DNA of 64,000 nucleotides from Candidatus Microgenomates bacterium (GCA_049519355.1 JBEKQV010000003.1:83646-147645); one strand, 5' to 3'. Counted from the stretch's first letter, positions 47,146 to 55,760 are shown. Numbers and translations: made by a program. The notes: a model not told the origin generated them from the sequence alone.

Positions 47146-48162
47146 TTACTTCTCGACTCCAAACCTCTTCACTGCTGAGGATATAATTTCACCAACCACC
47201 TTCACCGGGGTAAACCCTGCAACCCTCGCCGCGAGAGGAAAATAACTTGTTACGTTTGGATCGAAATTAAGGCCCGGGAGAGTGTTAACTTCGAGGAAAT
47301 AAAGCCTTCCTTTTTTGTCCATTCTATAATCAATTCTTGCTGCGTCTCTAACATTCAAAAAGTCAAAAATTGTCAACGACGTCGATTCAATTAATTCTTT
47401 CTCCTTTTTTGTAAGATGAGCCGGACAGTCGTAGGCATCCGACAGGTTTTTAAGTTTATCCTCAAAAAACCATTTTAATTCATACCCTGCAATTTTTTTA
47501 TAACCCTTGGGAAGAAAGTCAAATTTTTGCTCGACAATCGGTAAAACCCTCGGTTTTCCTCCCAAAAGGGCCACCGTGAATTCCCGCCCGTCAATAAATT
47601 CCTCAACCAATGTCGATCCGAAATTTTTGATCATAAACCTTGCCCGTTCTTCCAAATCCTTTTTGTTGTCAACTACATTTTTGTCATAAACTCCTTTACT
47701 CGAGCCTTCCATGTTTGGTTTAAGGATAAGCGGAAAATTTAAATTGATATCCGAAAGCTCCTTAAGTGAACTAATTACTTCCCAATCCGGAACACAAACA
47801 TCATCGGCTTTGAGAATCTTTTTAGTAATGGATTTATTTAAACACGTCGCGTGGACGCTGGGAGTCGAATGGGTATAAGGGATTTCCAACATTTCACAAA
47901 AGATCGGAATCTGCGATTCTCTGGCATCCCCTCGAAGACCCTCGGCAATATTGAAAACCAAGTCAATCTTTCCCTTCAAACTTCTAAGTTTATCGAATGC
48001 ATCTAAGTTTGCTTCAACCATCGTAACTTCATGACCAAGTTCCTCGATCGCCGTTTTAATCAAACCGATGGTTATCGGAAAGTCAAACTCAGCATCTTCT
48101 TGCTCTTTGGGGTTAAGCGAAGGCGACCCCTTTTTTACATTAAAGGCCAGGGCAATTCTCAT
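47146..48162 (-). CDS. ATP-grasp ligase of the D-Ala-D-Ala ligase (Ddl/L-amino-acid ligase) family, divergent
   Basis: 338 aa. Ddl-like N-domain (DLVFNIAEGLRGDARESQIPIFCEMLEIPYTHS), central FPLILKPNMEGSSKGV, C-terminal REFTVALLGG...YFLEVNTLPGLN. Lacks the canonical N-terminal GGxSxEHEVS. Confidence 0.65.
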   Translation of the reverse strand: MRIALAFNVKKGSPSLNPKEQEDAEFDFPITIGLIKTAIEELGHEVTMVEANLDAFDKLRSLKGKIDLVFNIAEGLRGDARESQIPIFCEMLEIPYTHSTPSVHATCLNKSITKKILKADDVCVPDWEVISSLKELSDINLNFPLILKPNMEGSSKGVYDKNVVDNKKDLEERARFMIKNFGSTLVEEFIDGREFTVALLGGKPRVLPIVEQKFDFLPKGYKKIAGYELKWFFEDKLKNLSDAYDCPAHLTKKEKELIESTSLTIFDFLNVRDAARIDYRMDKKGRLYFLEVNTLPGLNFDPNVTSYFPLAARVAGFTPVKVVGEIISSAVKRFGVEK

Positions 48163-48272
48163 TTCATGGAGGTTATGTTAGAAGACAAAGGATCCTCGCC
48201 GTCAGAGGAAGTTGTAATAATCATAATGAACAGATTATATAACATTGGTATTTAATTAAAACAAGAAGTTAT

Positions 48273-48911
48273 TTAGGAAGCCTTCATGCCGAGTTTCCTA
48301 GGCCAATTCTCCCCTTTCGGAGCTATTATGAAAAGCATTTTTTTGTCGGTTACACTTTTCTTTCCGATTATATTTACATCCCACCATCTTTTCTCGAAGT
48401 CTTTAAGTTTAAACTTTCTGTCAACCCCGGCGAATTTGAAAAAGGGATCCGCAAGTCTTAGATAACCCGCTTCTCTATTTACCCTGGTCACCACACAGTA
48501 ATGACCATTGTCGCCATCCGCGTATTCGTAGAAAACTCCTTGCCACTCGACTCCCACAGGATACTGGTACTTATTTACAATTAGGGATAGGTTGGAAATC
48601 GTAGAATTGGCCTTCCTCCAAAAAACAAACTTGCCCTTGCCGAGTTTTTTAACCGACGACCCTAATTCGTCGACGTTCAAACCGGTGCTTTTTATCTTCC
48701 CACCGGCTCTAATCGATCTGACCACGAGCGCCTGGGAAACCTTATAACCCAAAAAGGAAAAAAGAGTTTCAATTACGGCCGGCCCGCAGTGGGAAGAGGT
48801 AACTTGCTTCGCTCTTTTCATCTTGGGGAAAGGCTTGCCTACAACCTTATCCTCAAGCTGAAGCAGCCTGCGGACGAGCCTCCTGGTTTTGGGGTTTTTC
48901 TCGAGTGGCAT
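48273..48911 (-). CDS. Papain-fold cysteine peptidase, C39-like / BtrH-N-like
   Basis: Gln-x5-Cys context KQVTSSHCGPAVIETL (nucleophile Cys in C-G-x-A) and downstream DNGHYCVVTRV (GH-aromatic-hydrophobic His motif). Confidence 0.5.
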   Translation of the reverse strand: MPLEKNPKTRRLVRRLLQLEDKVVGKPFPKMKRAKQVTSSHCGPAVIETLFSFLGYKVSQALVVRSIRAGGKIKSTGLNVDELGSSVKKLGKGKFVFWRKANSTISNLSLIVNKYQYPVGVEWQGVFYEYADGDNGHYCVVTRVNREAGYLRLADPFFKFAGVDRKFKLKDFEKRWWDVNIIGKKSVTDKKMLFIIAPKGENWPRKLGMKAS

Positions 48912-48946
48912 AATTGGCCTATTCTAGGACTAGAAGTCAAATTTGT

Positions 48947-50023
48947 CTAGACGAGACCTTTAGCGTACTTGGAAAGAAGACTTGCCATAATTTCCGAAAA
49001 CTCGACATTGTACATCGCCATTACCTCCGTCATCGGAAGTCCCATATCAGGACCGAACGCCGTATTGGGATTACTGTCTGTAAAATACGGAGTTGATGTT
49101 TCCTCATCAACTCGGACATCAAACTTGGCATAATCATTATGCTGGAGTCCGCCGAAAGCCCTAACCGCAAGTTTTGTAATTTCATATCTAAGATCATCCT
49201 CCACCGGAACATACTTATATGCTTTTTCGTCTTCGTATGATTCAAAACTGGTGAAGAAATGTTTGCCGTCGGGTTTCTTCCTGAAAACCTTTTGTGCCAT
49301 AAAGACATGGCGCTTTGTACCGTCATCAAAAACCACCACAGTAATTTCCGGTCCCCCTATAAACTTCTCGACAACCACCGGGTAGCGGTAAGTCGTAATC
49401 ATTTTATTAACCCTGAGCATTGCGGCCCTAAAACTTTCTTTAACGGCATGGTTATCAATACCCACACTTCCCCCGCCTTCATTTAACTTGACGATTAAAG
49501 GAAGGCCCAAATCCTCATCGATCGAGGTTCCCGCCCGGCGGATAAACTGGAAAGGAGGAGTGGGAATATCGTAAGCCATGAGAAGCCTTTTGGTCAGGTT
49601 CCTGTTGTTACCGATGATAAGCCCCTCCATTCCTGCTCCGGTATAAGGAATATTGGCAAGTTCCAGTGCCGCGGGAACGGACGGTTGAAGTTGGTCGCGG
49701 CCTTTTAGAGTATCAACAAGATTAACAACCAAATCCGGTTTATCTACCAACAAGTTTGTGTAAAAATATTGGTCTCCCGGAAGAGTTCTCACAGGAATTC
49801 CGAGTTTTCTGATTTCTTCCGAAACTTCGATCGCCCGCTCTTCGACTTCAACTTCCGCTTCATATGCGGACTTTGTAGCAAAATGTTCGCGTTGAACTGA
49901 CGAGTAAGCAACGACAACCAGACGGAATTTCTTTAAAGCATCTTTATCAACCGCAAGTTTAATTTTCTCCTTCGGAGTAGTTTTTTTTACTAAAGCTTCG
50001 TCTTCACTTTTTGAGGAGGGCAT
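48947..50023 (-). CDS. Second Ddl-family ATP-grasp ligase, divergent
   Basis: 358 aa. LPLIVKLNEGGGSVGIDNHAV, PEITVVVFDDG, and a C-terminal AKFDVRVDEE...D...N Mg-binding region. Confidence 0.6.
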   Translation of the reverse strand: MPSSKSEDEALVKKTTPKEKIKLAVDKDALKKFRLVVVAYSSVQREHFATKSAYEAEVEVEERAIEVSEEIRKLGIPVRTLPGDQYFYTNLLVDKPDLVVNLVDTLKGRDQLQPSVPAALELANIPYTGAGMEGLIIGNNRNLTKRLLMAYDIPTPPFQFIRRAGTSIDEDLGLPLIVKLNEGGGSVGIDNHAVKESFRAAMLRVNKMITTYRYPVVVEKFIGGPEITVVVFDDGTKRHVFMAQKVFRKKPDGKHFFTSFESYEDEKAYKYVPVEDDLRYEITKLAVRAFGGLQHNDYAKFDVRVDEETSTPYFTDSNPNTAFGPDMGLPMTEVMAMYNVEFSEIMASLLSKYAKGLV

Positions 50024-50046
50024 ACATTCATAATATAATATGCAAG

Positions 50047-50466
50047 ATGAAAAAAGTAGTCTTGGTTGGCGGTTGTTTCGACATTATCCATTATGGACAC
50101 ATCCACTTCCTAAAACATGCAAAAACTTTGGGTGATTATCTGATTGTGGCATTGGAATCAGATAAAAACATCAGAAGATTGAAAGGCAAAAAGCGCCCAA
50201 TTCACGGCCAAAATCAAAGACGGGAAATGCTTGAGTCTCTTAGCTTTGTCGACCAGGTGATTATTCTTAAAGATGAAATGAAGGATAAAGATTATTTTGA
50301 TTTGGTCAAAAAAGTAAAACCCCAAATAATAGCAGTAACTAAAGGAGATCTAATTATCGGAAAGAAAAAGAAACAGGCGGAAGAAATCGGAGCGGAAGTA
50401 ATCGAAATATCTAAAGTTGACTCCCCATCTACTTCCGAGATTGCCAAACTTTTGAAGATTGAATAA
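50047..50466 (+). CDS. Cytidylyltransferase-like nucleotidyltransferase (TagD / RfaE-II / RibL family)
   Basis: MKKVVLVGGCFDIIHYGHIHFLKHAKTLGDYLIVAL carries the (H/T)xGH motif and aligns with the TagD N-terminus. Start at internal ATG 50047. Confidence 0.6.
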   Translation: MKKVVLVGGCFDIIHYGHIHFLKHAKTLGDYLIVALESDKNIRRLKGKKRPIHGQNQRREMLESLSFVDQVIILKDEMKDKDYFDLVKKVKPQIIAVTKGDLIIGKKKKQAEEIGAEVIEISKVDSPSTSEIAKLLKIE

Positions 50467-51717
50467 TTAGTCCCACTTTTCCATTTCCTTTTGGGGAAGA
50501 CGGAGTTTCTTCGGAGTCAGAAAAATTAAAATAATCGCAACCACGACCACTAATCCGCCGACAATGCTAAAAGTTAATCTCTCTCCAACTATTAGCGCAA
50601 TGTATCCTGCAACCGGCGGCCAGATAACGTAAGCAACATTGGTTATGGAACTAATTAGTCCAATCATTTCTTTTCTCTCTTTTCCCATTCTAGCAACGAT
50701 ATCGGTGTAAACTCCGTCAACTAATGGATAACAAACTGCCAGTGCAATAGAGGAAAGAAGAACCATCGTCAACTGCCATGCAATAGTTCCGCTTAGCGCT
50801 AGGCCGATTAAAAATAGTCCCGCGAGAATCAATATTTTTTCACTCAGTATTTTTTTGCCTTTATAAATTCCCCAACTTGCTATGAAAACTCCCAAAAAAA
50901 TCGATGGAAACTGATAAAGAGGTAGGAAAAGTCCGCCAAGAAGATTAACACTCGCCAACTTCTCCGACCAGACCGCACCGGTTGTCCAAAAAGTTGAATC
51001 TATAATTCCTAAAAGGAGACTCAAGATAATCGCCGGCCAAATATGTTTTGAAAGTGTTAACCAGTGTTTAAGTTCAACCCAAGGATTAACCTCCTTAAGG
51101 TCTATTTGTGTAGGTGCATCATGAGAACTTTTGGTTAAAGTAAAAATAATAAAAGCGATAATTAAGCAAAGAAGAATTACTAACTCCAAATTAAAATAAC
51201 CCCGAATAAGAAGGTAGGCGGCAATCAAAGGTCCCAAAAAATAGGCTAAATTTATAAACATCCCGGCAATTGCCCAAGCACCCGAACGCATCTGGGGTGG
51301 CACTACACTTCCCATAAATTGGTAGCTGCCAAAAACGGCCAGCTCATAATAAATTCCCCAAAGAGCCATTGTTACCAGGAATATCAGAACAAATGGTTTA
51401 AACACCGAGGCCACCAAGAAAAATGAAGTCAGAGCCGATAGGATTATACTTAAGAAAATTAGGCGTCTTGTCTTGGTCGTCCGAAGCATTTTTGGAAAAA
51501 CCAAATCGGCCGCAAATCCAACAACAGACTGGAAACTTATAATTAAACCCATCACAACGGGACTGGCCAAAACCGACTGAATTTGATTTGGAGCCCAAAA
51601 ACTAATTATCGCATCGGCTAGCCGGATAAAAAAGATTGTAAAGCAATAAAGAATTACCTTCGACCAAACCACGTCCTTTGTGAAGGCAAAATGCCTACGA
51701 AAAAAAGGGGCAAACAT
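50467..51717 (-). CDS. MFS-type transporter
   Basis: 416 aa, about 12 TM helices with the 6+6 pattern and a central loop. Confidence 0.6.
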   Translation of the reverse strand: MFAPFFRRHFAFTKDVVWSKVILYCFTIFFIRLADAIISFWAPNQIQSVLASPVVMGLIISFQSVVGFAADLVFPKMLRTTKTRRLIFLSIILSALTSFFLVASVFKPFVLIFLVTMALWGIYYELAVFGSYQFMGSVVPPQMRSGAWAIAGMFINLAYFLGPLIAAYLLIRGYFNLELVILLCLIIAFIIFTLTKSSHDAPTQIDLKEVNPWVELKHWLTLSKHIWPAIILSLLLGIIDSTFWTTGAVWSEKLASVNLLGGLFLPLYQFPSIFLGVFIASWGIYKGKKILSEKILILAGLFLIGLALSGTIAWQLTMVLLSSIALAVCYPLVDGVYTDIVARMGKERKEMIGLISSITNVAYVIWPPVAGYIALIVGERLTFSIVGGLVVVVAIILIFLTPKKLRLPQKEMEKWD

Positions 51718-51840
51718 ACTTCATGATGGAGCTTCCCAACCAAAAATTCAATAACAGCCGATTTTGCAAAATAGCCTATACTATGTTAATATTTCAGTAG
51801 TTGCAGCCTGAATAGGCAGCAAAATTCCGATTAAAGGAGA

Positions 51841-52053
51841 GTGTGGATGAACGCGAGTGTGCTAGACCTGATCAAGGAAGCTCATTGCGGTCTTACTGTA
51901 GACCAACTCAAAAAGAAAGCGAAGAAGGCTGGCATTGAGGATCCGTTTGTCGAGCTCCAAAGGCTCGTTAGAAATGGACTCGTCAAAAGGATCGAAAAGG
52001 GCGGAAGAAAACGGCCGGTAATTTTCAAGGCTACGCCAGAAACATCCCAGTAA
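51841..52053 (+). CDS. Small hypothetical protein, possibly winged-helix DNA-binding
   Basis: 70 aa. Basic C-terminus GRKRPVIFKATPE. GC content above surroundings. No upstream SD recognised. Confidence 0.25.
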   Translation: MWMNASVLDLIKEAHCGLTVDQLKKKAKKAGIEDPFVELQRLVRNGLVKRIEKGGRKRPVIFKATPETSQ

Positions 52054-52273
52054 AATTTCATCTCCTCCTCCAAAGGTTGGGACAGGCAACTGTCCTAACC
52101 GAAAAATTCCGAATTTGCAATTGCGCAGATTCAAATTTTTATCGGTTGCTAAGTTAGCTCTCATTATTATTGGTATTGGCGTATCTGGGACACATCCAGG
52201 TTTTTTAAAAATACAATACAAAACCCAGATCCAGATACGCCAAGCTTTTCCCCTCAATGAAGTTTCCGGACAG

Positions 52274-53281
52274 TTATTTTAACCTCGCTATATGAGCATC
52301 AACCATCATGTGGACAAGTTCTTCAAATGTAGTTTTTGGTTCCCAACCAAGTAGCTTTTTAGCTTTTGCAGGATTGGCAATAAGAGGACCTGTTTCAGTC
52401 GGACGAACAAATCTTTTATCAACCTCGACAAAATCTTTCCAATTCAAACCGACATAATTAAAGGCTTCCTCACAAAGTTCCTGAATAGTATGGGTTTTAC
52501 CCGTTCCGATTACAAAATCATCGGGCTCTTTATATTGCATCACCAACCACATGGCTTCTACATAATCACCAGTAAATCCCCAATCCCTTTTAGCCTCAAG
52601 GTTTCCTAAAGCAACTTTCCCGTTTTTTACAATCGGCTCTCCCTCCTCATTTAGGTGTTCCGAATTTTTAATTCCGAGTTTTGCGCAGGCCGCACCATAA
52701 GCTACCTTTTGGGTAACAAAATTCAAATGCCTTCTTGGAGACTCATGATTAAAAAGAATTCCGCAGGTCGCGAACATGTTGTAGCTTTTTCTATAAATGC
52801 GCGTCATGGAATGCGCGTAAAGCTTTGCCGCAGCGTAAGGATTGGCGGGATTAAATGGAGTTTCCTCGCTTTGGGGAATTTCTTTAACCCAGCCGTACAT
52901 TTCGGAACTACTGGCTTGATAGAATTTCGCTTCTGGTACAATATCCCAAGTCGCATCCAGTACCCTATGGGCACCTATCGCCGTAATTTCGGCAGTATGA
53001 ATAGGCTGTTTAAAACTTTCCGCGGGATGGCTTTGCGCAGCCAAATTATAAACTTCATCCGGGCGGACTTTTTGGATTGCCTCGCGGAGCGACACAGGGT
53101 CCAGAAGATCTGCCTGAATTAGATGAAGTTCATTTTGAATATGTCCTATGTTTTCATAAGCCATATTGCTGGTTTTTCTGACTGTGCCCGCAACTTCATA
53201 ACCTTTTTTGAGTAAAAACTCAGCCAGGTATGAACCGTCCTGTCCCGTAATTCCCGTAATAAATGCAGTCTTCTTCGCCAT
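52274..53281 (-). CDS. gmd: GDP-mannose 4,6-dehydratase
   Basis: MAKKTAFITGITGQDGSYLAEFLLKKGYEV Rossmann start, SDR YxxxK, full-length GMD similarity. Start at the internal Met. Confidence 0.9.
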   Translation of the reverse strand: MAKKTAFITGITGQDGSYLAEFLLKKGYEVAGTVRKTSNMAYENIGHIQNELHLIQADLLDPVSLREAIQKVRPDEVYNLAAQSHPAESFKQPIHTAEITAIGAHRVLDATWDIVPEAKFYQASSSEMYGWVKEIPQSEETPFNPANPYAAAKLYAHSMTRIYRKSYNMFATCGILFNHESPRRHLNFVTQKVAYGAACAKLGIKNSEHLNEEGEPIVKNGKVALGNLEAKRDWGFTGDYVEAMWLVMQYKEPDDFVIGTGKTHTIQELCEEAFNYVGLNWKDFVEVDKRFVRPTETGPLIANPAKAKKLLGWEPKTTFEELVHMMVDAHIARLK

Positions 53282-53435
53282 TTCAACCAAAATATTAGCA
53301 CAATTGTAATTAAAACCCAATGGACAACGGCCAGTTATCACAAATTAGCCGTGTGTAGTTTTGGTTTTGTTGTGATAAAATAAGCGCTATAGGTAGGAAG
53401 GGAGGCGAATTTACGTTAGCAAACAAAAATAACAA

Positions 53436-53630
53436 ATGTTCATACTAAAAAAGAAAAAGGGTGAAACCGATGATAAACTAATCGCCCGTTTCCGCAAAAA
53501 AACCATTGTTGAAGGTGTTATGCAAGAATATAGAGATCGCGAGCATTACAAGAAACCGTCAGAAAAAAGGAAAGAAGACAAATACCGCATCGCCCACTCT
53601 ATTGAGCTTGAGAAGAAGAGGAATTTTTAA
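53436..53630 (+). CDS. rpsU: 30S ribosomal protein S21
   Basis: 64 aa. LIARFRKKTIVEGVMQEYRDREHYKKPSEKRK matches the S21 pattern. Confidence 0.75.
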   Translation: MFILKKKKGETDDKLIARFRKKTIVEGVMQEYRDREHYKKPSEKRKEDKYRIAHSIELEKKRNF

Positions 53631-54435
53631 TCCAGGTTGCCACAAATTGCTTTCTATGCTGGCGTGTTAAACCGTATTTTTTGATGGAATTCCGGTGTTC
53701 CAATGTTCCGTATCCCTTGTTTCTCCCCCAACCATATTTCCGATATTTCGGCCTTTTGCCAAGGTTCAGCATTAGTTTATCTCTATAAACCTTGGCTATA
53801 ATTGAGGCGGCGGCAATAGAAAAGGATTTTTCGTCGCCATTTATAATCGCCTGCTGACGGCCTGATATTTTTTTGTAATACCGGCCTTTTTTATTCTTTC
53901 TACGTCTTGCGGGAAGCCCCGGAACAAAAGAAATAAAGAACGCATCGGACAAAAGAAAGTCAATCGGCTTGCCTAGTCTTTTCCGTGCATTGGAAATAGC
54001 CAACCTGAAAGCTTTTCTTGTCGCTTTTGCCATTCCTTGAGAGTTAATCAGGCCGGCACCAACTTCCCCAATTCCCCAAGCAAGTGCGCTTTCCTTTATC
54101 CAGACGGTGGCTCTTTCCCTTTGCCTCGGCCGCATCTTTTTGGAATCATTAATTGTAATCCCTTCAGGGATTACAAAGGGGTAACGCGAGTGGGTCCTGT
54201 CGGAAGCTCGTCCCGTCCGACTTTCCACGCTTGCGCGGCGGGCGCTCGACGGGACTCCCTCCGCTTCCGCCACCCACTTTGATGGAAATACCACACATCC
54301 AGTAACTATTGGTCCTGCAAAACACCCCTTTCCAACTTCATCCACTCCGGCAATAAATTTATAGCCTTTCTTTACGGCTTTTTGTTCGAAAGAAAAATCA
54401 GGAAATTTCATGCAAGGTTCGGGGATGACGGCCAA
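53599..54435 (-). CDS. rnhB: Ribonuclease HII carrying a ~30-codon GC-rich in-frame insertion
   Basis: GVDEVGKGCFAGPIV (DEVGxG), NDSKKM, IAAASIIAK and GYGTLEH motifs. The insertion VAEAEGVPSSARRASVESRTGRASDRTHS lies between the first beta-hairpin and NDSKK. Confidence 0.8.
   Translation of the reverse strand: MAVIPEPCMKFPDFSFEQKAVKKGYKFIAGVDEVGKGCFAGPIVTGCVVFPSKWVAEAEGVPSSARRASVESRTGRASDRTHSRYPFVIPEGITINDSKKMRPRQRERATVWIKESALAWGIGEVGAGLINSQGMAKATRKAFRLAISNARKRLGKPIDFLLSDAFFISFVPGLPARRRKNKKGRYYKKISGRQQAIINGDEKSFSIAAASIIAKVYRDKLMLNLGKRPKYRKYGWGRNKGYGTLEHRNSIKKYGLTRQHRKQFVATWIKNSSSSQAQ
54189..54278. repeat. GC-rich imperfect palindrome (~90 bp) with 7-bp terminal inverted repeats AGTGGGT/ACCCACT, embedded in-frame in rnhB
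   Basis: Base composition departs sharply from the flanks. Nested complementary segments GTGGGT/ACCCAC, GGAAGC/GCTTCC, GTCCCGTC/GACGGGAC. Confidence 0.45.
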
Positions 54436-54872
54436 AACATCACTATTTTATCTTGAAGCATTGCCAGTTTCTCACTCCTTTGGGTTTGAGTCAAATTACC
54501 CAAGTTTACAGCCGTAAAAAATCTTTCATTTGAGGCAAGAAGCGCACCTGCAATACTTTCCACATCAACCCCTCCCGCCATCAAGGTTGCCAGTGTTCTT
54601 CTCCAAACTTCCTGGGGCTGTTCCTCCGGAAATCTTTTATTCAACTTTTCCAGCTCACTGTCAAGATAAGATTGTCCCGCGGAATCATCAGATTCTCCCA
54701 CCGCAGCCTCAATTGCAAGTGACTTGAGATTTTCGAGTAAATCCGGCGAAATAAATACTTCTTTTGCGGGGTTTTTAACAACCTTGTCTTCTCCGCCCTC
54801 GGTTTTAATCACAATACTTCCTTTCTTCTCTCCAGAAGAAATAGTCTTTTTAAAATGAATTTCGGGTGACAT
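54408..54872 (-). CDS. Hypothetical protein
   Basis: 154-aa ORF, 28-nt overlap with the rnhB start. No motif recognised. Confidence 0.35.
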   Translation of the reverse strand: MSPEIHFKKTISSGEKKGSIVIKTEGGEDKVVKNPAKEVFISPDLLENLKSLAIEAAVGESDDSAGQSYLDSELEKLNKRFPEEQPQEVWRRTLATLMAGGVDVESIAGALLASNERFFTAVNLGNLTQTQRSEKLAMLQDKIVMFWPSSPNLA

Positions 54873-54961
54873 GGCGCTATTATATCAAACCCGGGTCGGA
54901 TAGGCACTTTCTTTTAGCAAACCTTTCTGTTACAATTTACGCCTGAGGTGAAATCAAGAGA

Positions 54962-55147
54962 ATGAAATCAGCCGTTACCTTTTTTTCTGAAGTAAGAAGT
55001 GAGCTTTCAAAAGTTACCTGGCCCAAAAGAGACGAGGTTGTCAGGCTGACACTCATTGTCTTTCTGGTTTCGGGAATCGTCGGAGTTTACGTCGGAATTC
55101 TCGATTACCTGTTTACAAGTGTGCTGACAAAGATATTAACCAAGTGA
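54962..55147 (+). CDS. secE: Preprotein translocase subunit SecE (minimal single-TM form)
   Basis: 61 aa. FFSEVRSELSKVTWPKRDEVVRLTLIVFLVSGIVGVYVGILD carries the SecE signature K-V-x-WP plus a TM. Immediately precedes nusG. Confidence 0.75.
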   Translation: MKSAVTFFSEVRSELSKVTWPKRDEVVRLTLIVFLVSGIVGVYVGILDYLFTSVLTKILTK

Positions 55148-55148
55148 T

Positions 55149-55760
55149 ATGAATGACGATCAATCTCAAGTTGCAGAACGCGGAACCGGGAAGAAAAAAA
55201 TTCCCGGGCACATCATTATCTCCCAAACGGAAGATCCGAAAGCAAAATGGTATGTAGTCCACACTTCCTCGGGCCACGAAATCAGAGTCATGGAAACCCT
55301 CCGCCAAAGAGTTGAGACCATGAATCTCGGAGGCCGTGTTTTTGAAATGCTCGTCCCTACTCAAGACAGGGTCATTATCAGAAGCGGCAAAAAGGCCACA
55401 ATCAAGGAAAAAATCTTCCCGGGTTACCTCCTTATTAAAATGATTTTGGACGACCCCACTTGGCTTGCTGTCAGAACTACAGCAGGGATTACCGGATTTG
55501 TAGGTGCCGGGAATAACCCAACACCCCTTTCTGAGCTGGAAGTCACCAACATTCAAAAGTTTGTCAGCTCACCGGCGCCAAGGTTCAAGACAAAATTCTC
55601 AGTTGGAGAAGCTGTCAAAATAACCGACGGGCCGTTCACCGACTTTCTTGGAACCATTCATGAAATGGATGAGGAAAAGGGCAAGGTCAAGGTTTTGGTT
55701 AGTATCTTCGGCCGTGAGACTCCGGTTGAACTTGATTTTCTGCAAATACAAAAAGTTTGA
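55149..55760 (+). CDS. nusG: Transcription termination/antitermination factor NusG
   Basis: NGN domain (KWYVVHTSSGHE...FPGYLLIKM) and C-terminal KOW (FSVGEAVKITDGPFTDFLGTI). Confidence 0.9.
   Translation: MNDDQSQVAERGTGKKKIPGHIIISQTEDPKAKWYVVHTSSGHEIRVMETLRQRVETMNLGGRVFEMLVPTQDRVIIRSGKKATIKEKIFPGYLLIKMILDDPTWLAVRTTAGITGFVGAGNNPTPLSELEVTNIQKFVSSPAPRFKTKFSVGEAVKITDGPFTDFLGTIHEMDEEKGKVKVLVSIFGRETPVELDFLQIQKV

Noticed and set aside
47146-50023. Calling either Ddl-family protein the housekeeping D-Ala-D-Ala ligase (ddl)
   Set aside because: Both lack the canonical N-terminal GGxSxEHEVS segment and sit with a peptidase and a transporter rather than mur/fts genes. Assignment as ddl would need active-site alignment I cannot do here.
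54189-54278. Mini-intein in RNase HII
   Set aside because: The insertion is about 30 residues, far too short for an intein. It lacks block A/B/F/G motifs and a C-terminal His-Asn, so a nucleotide-level repeat insertion is more plausible.
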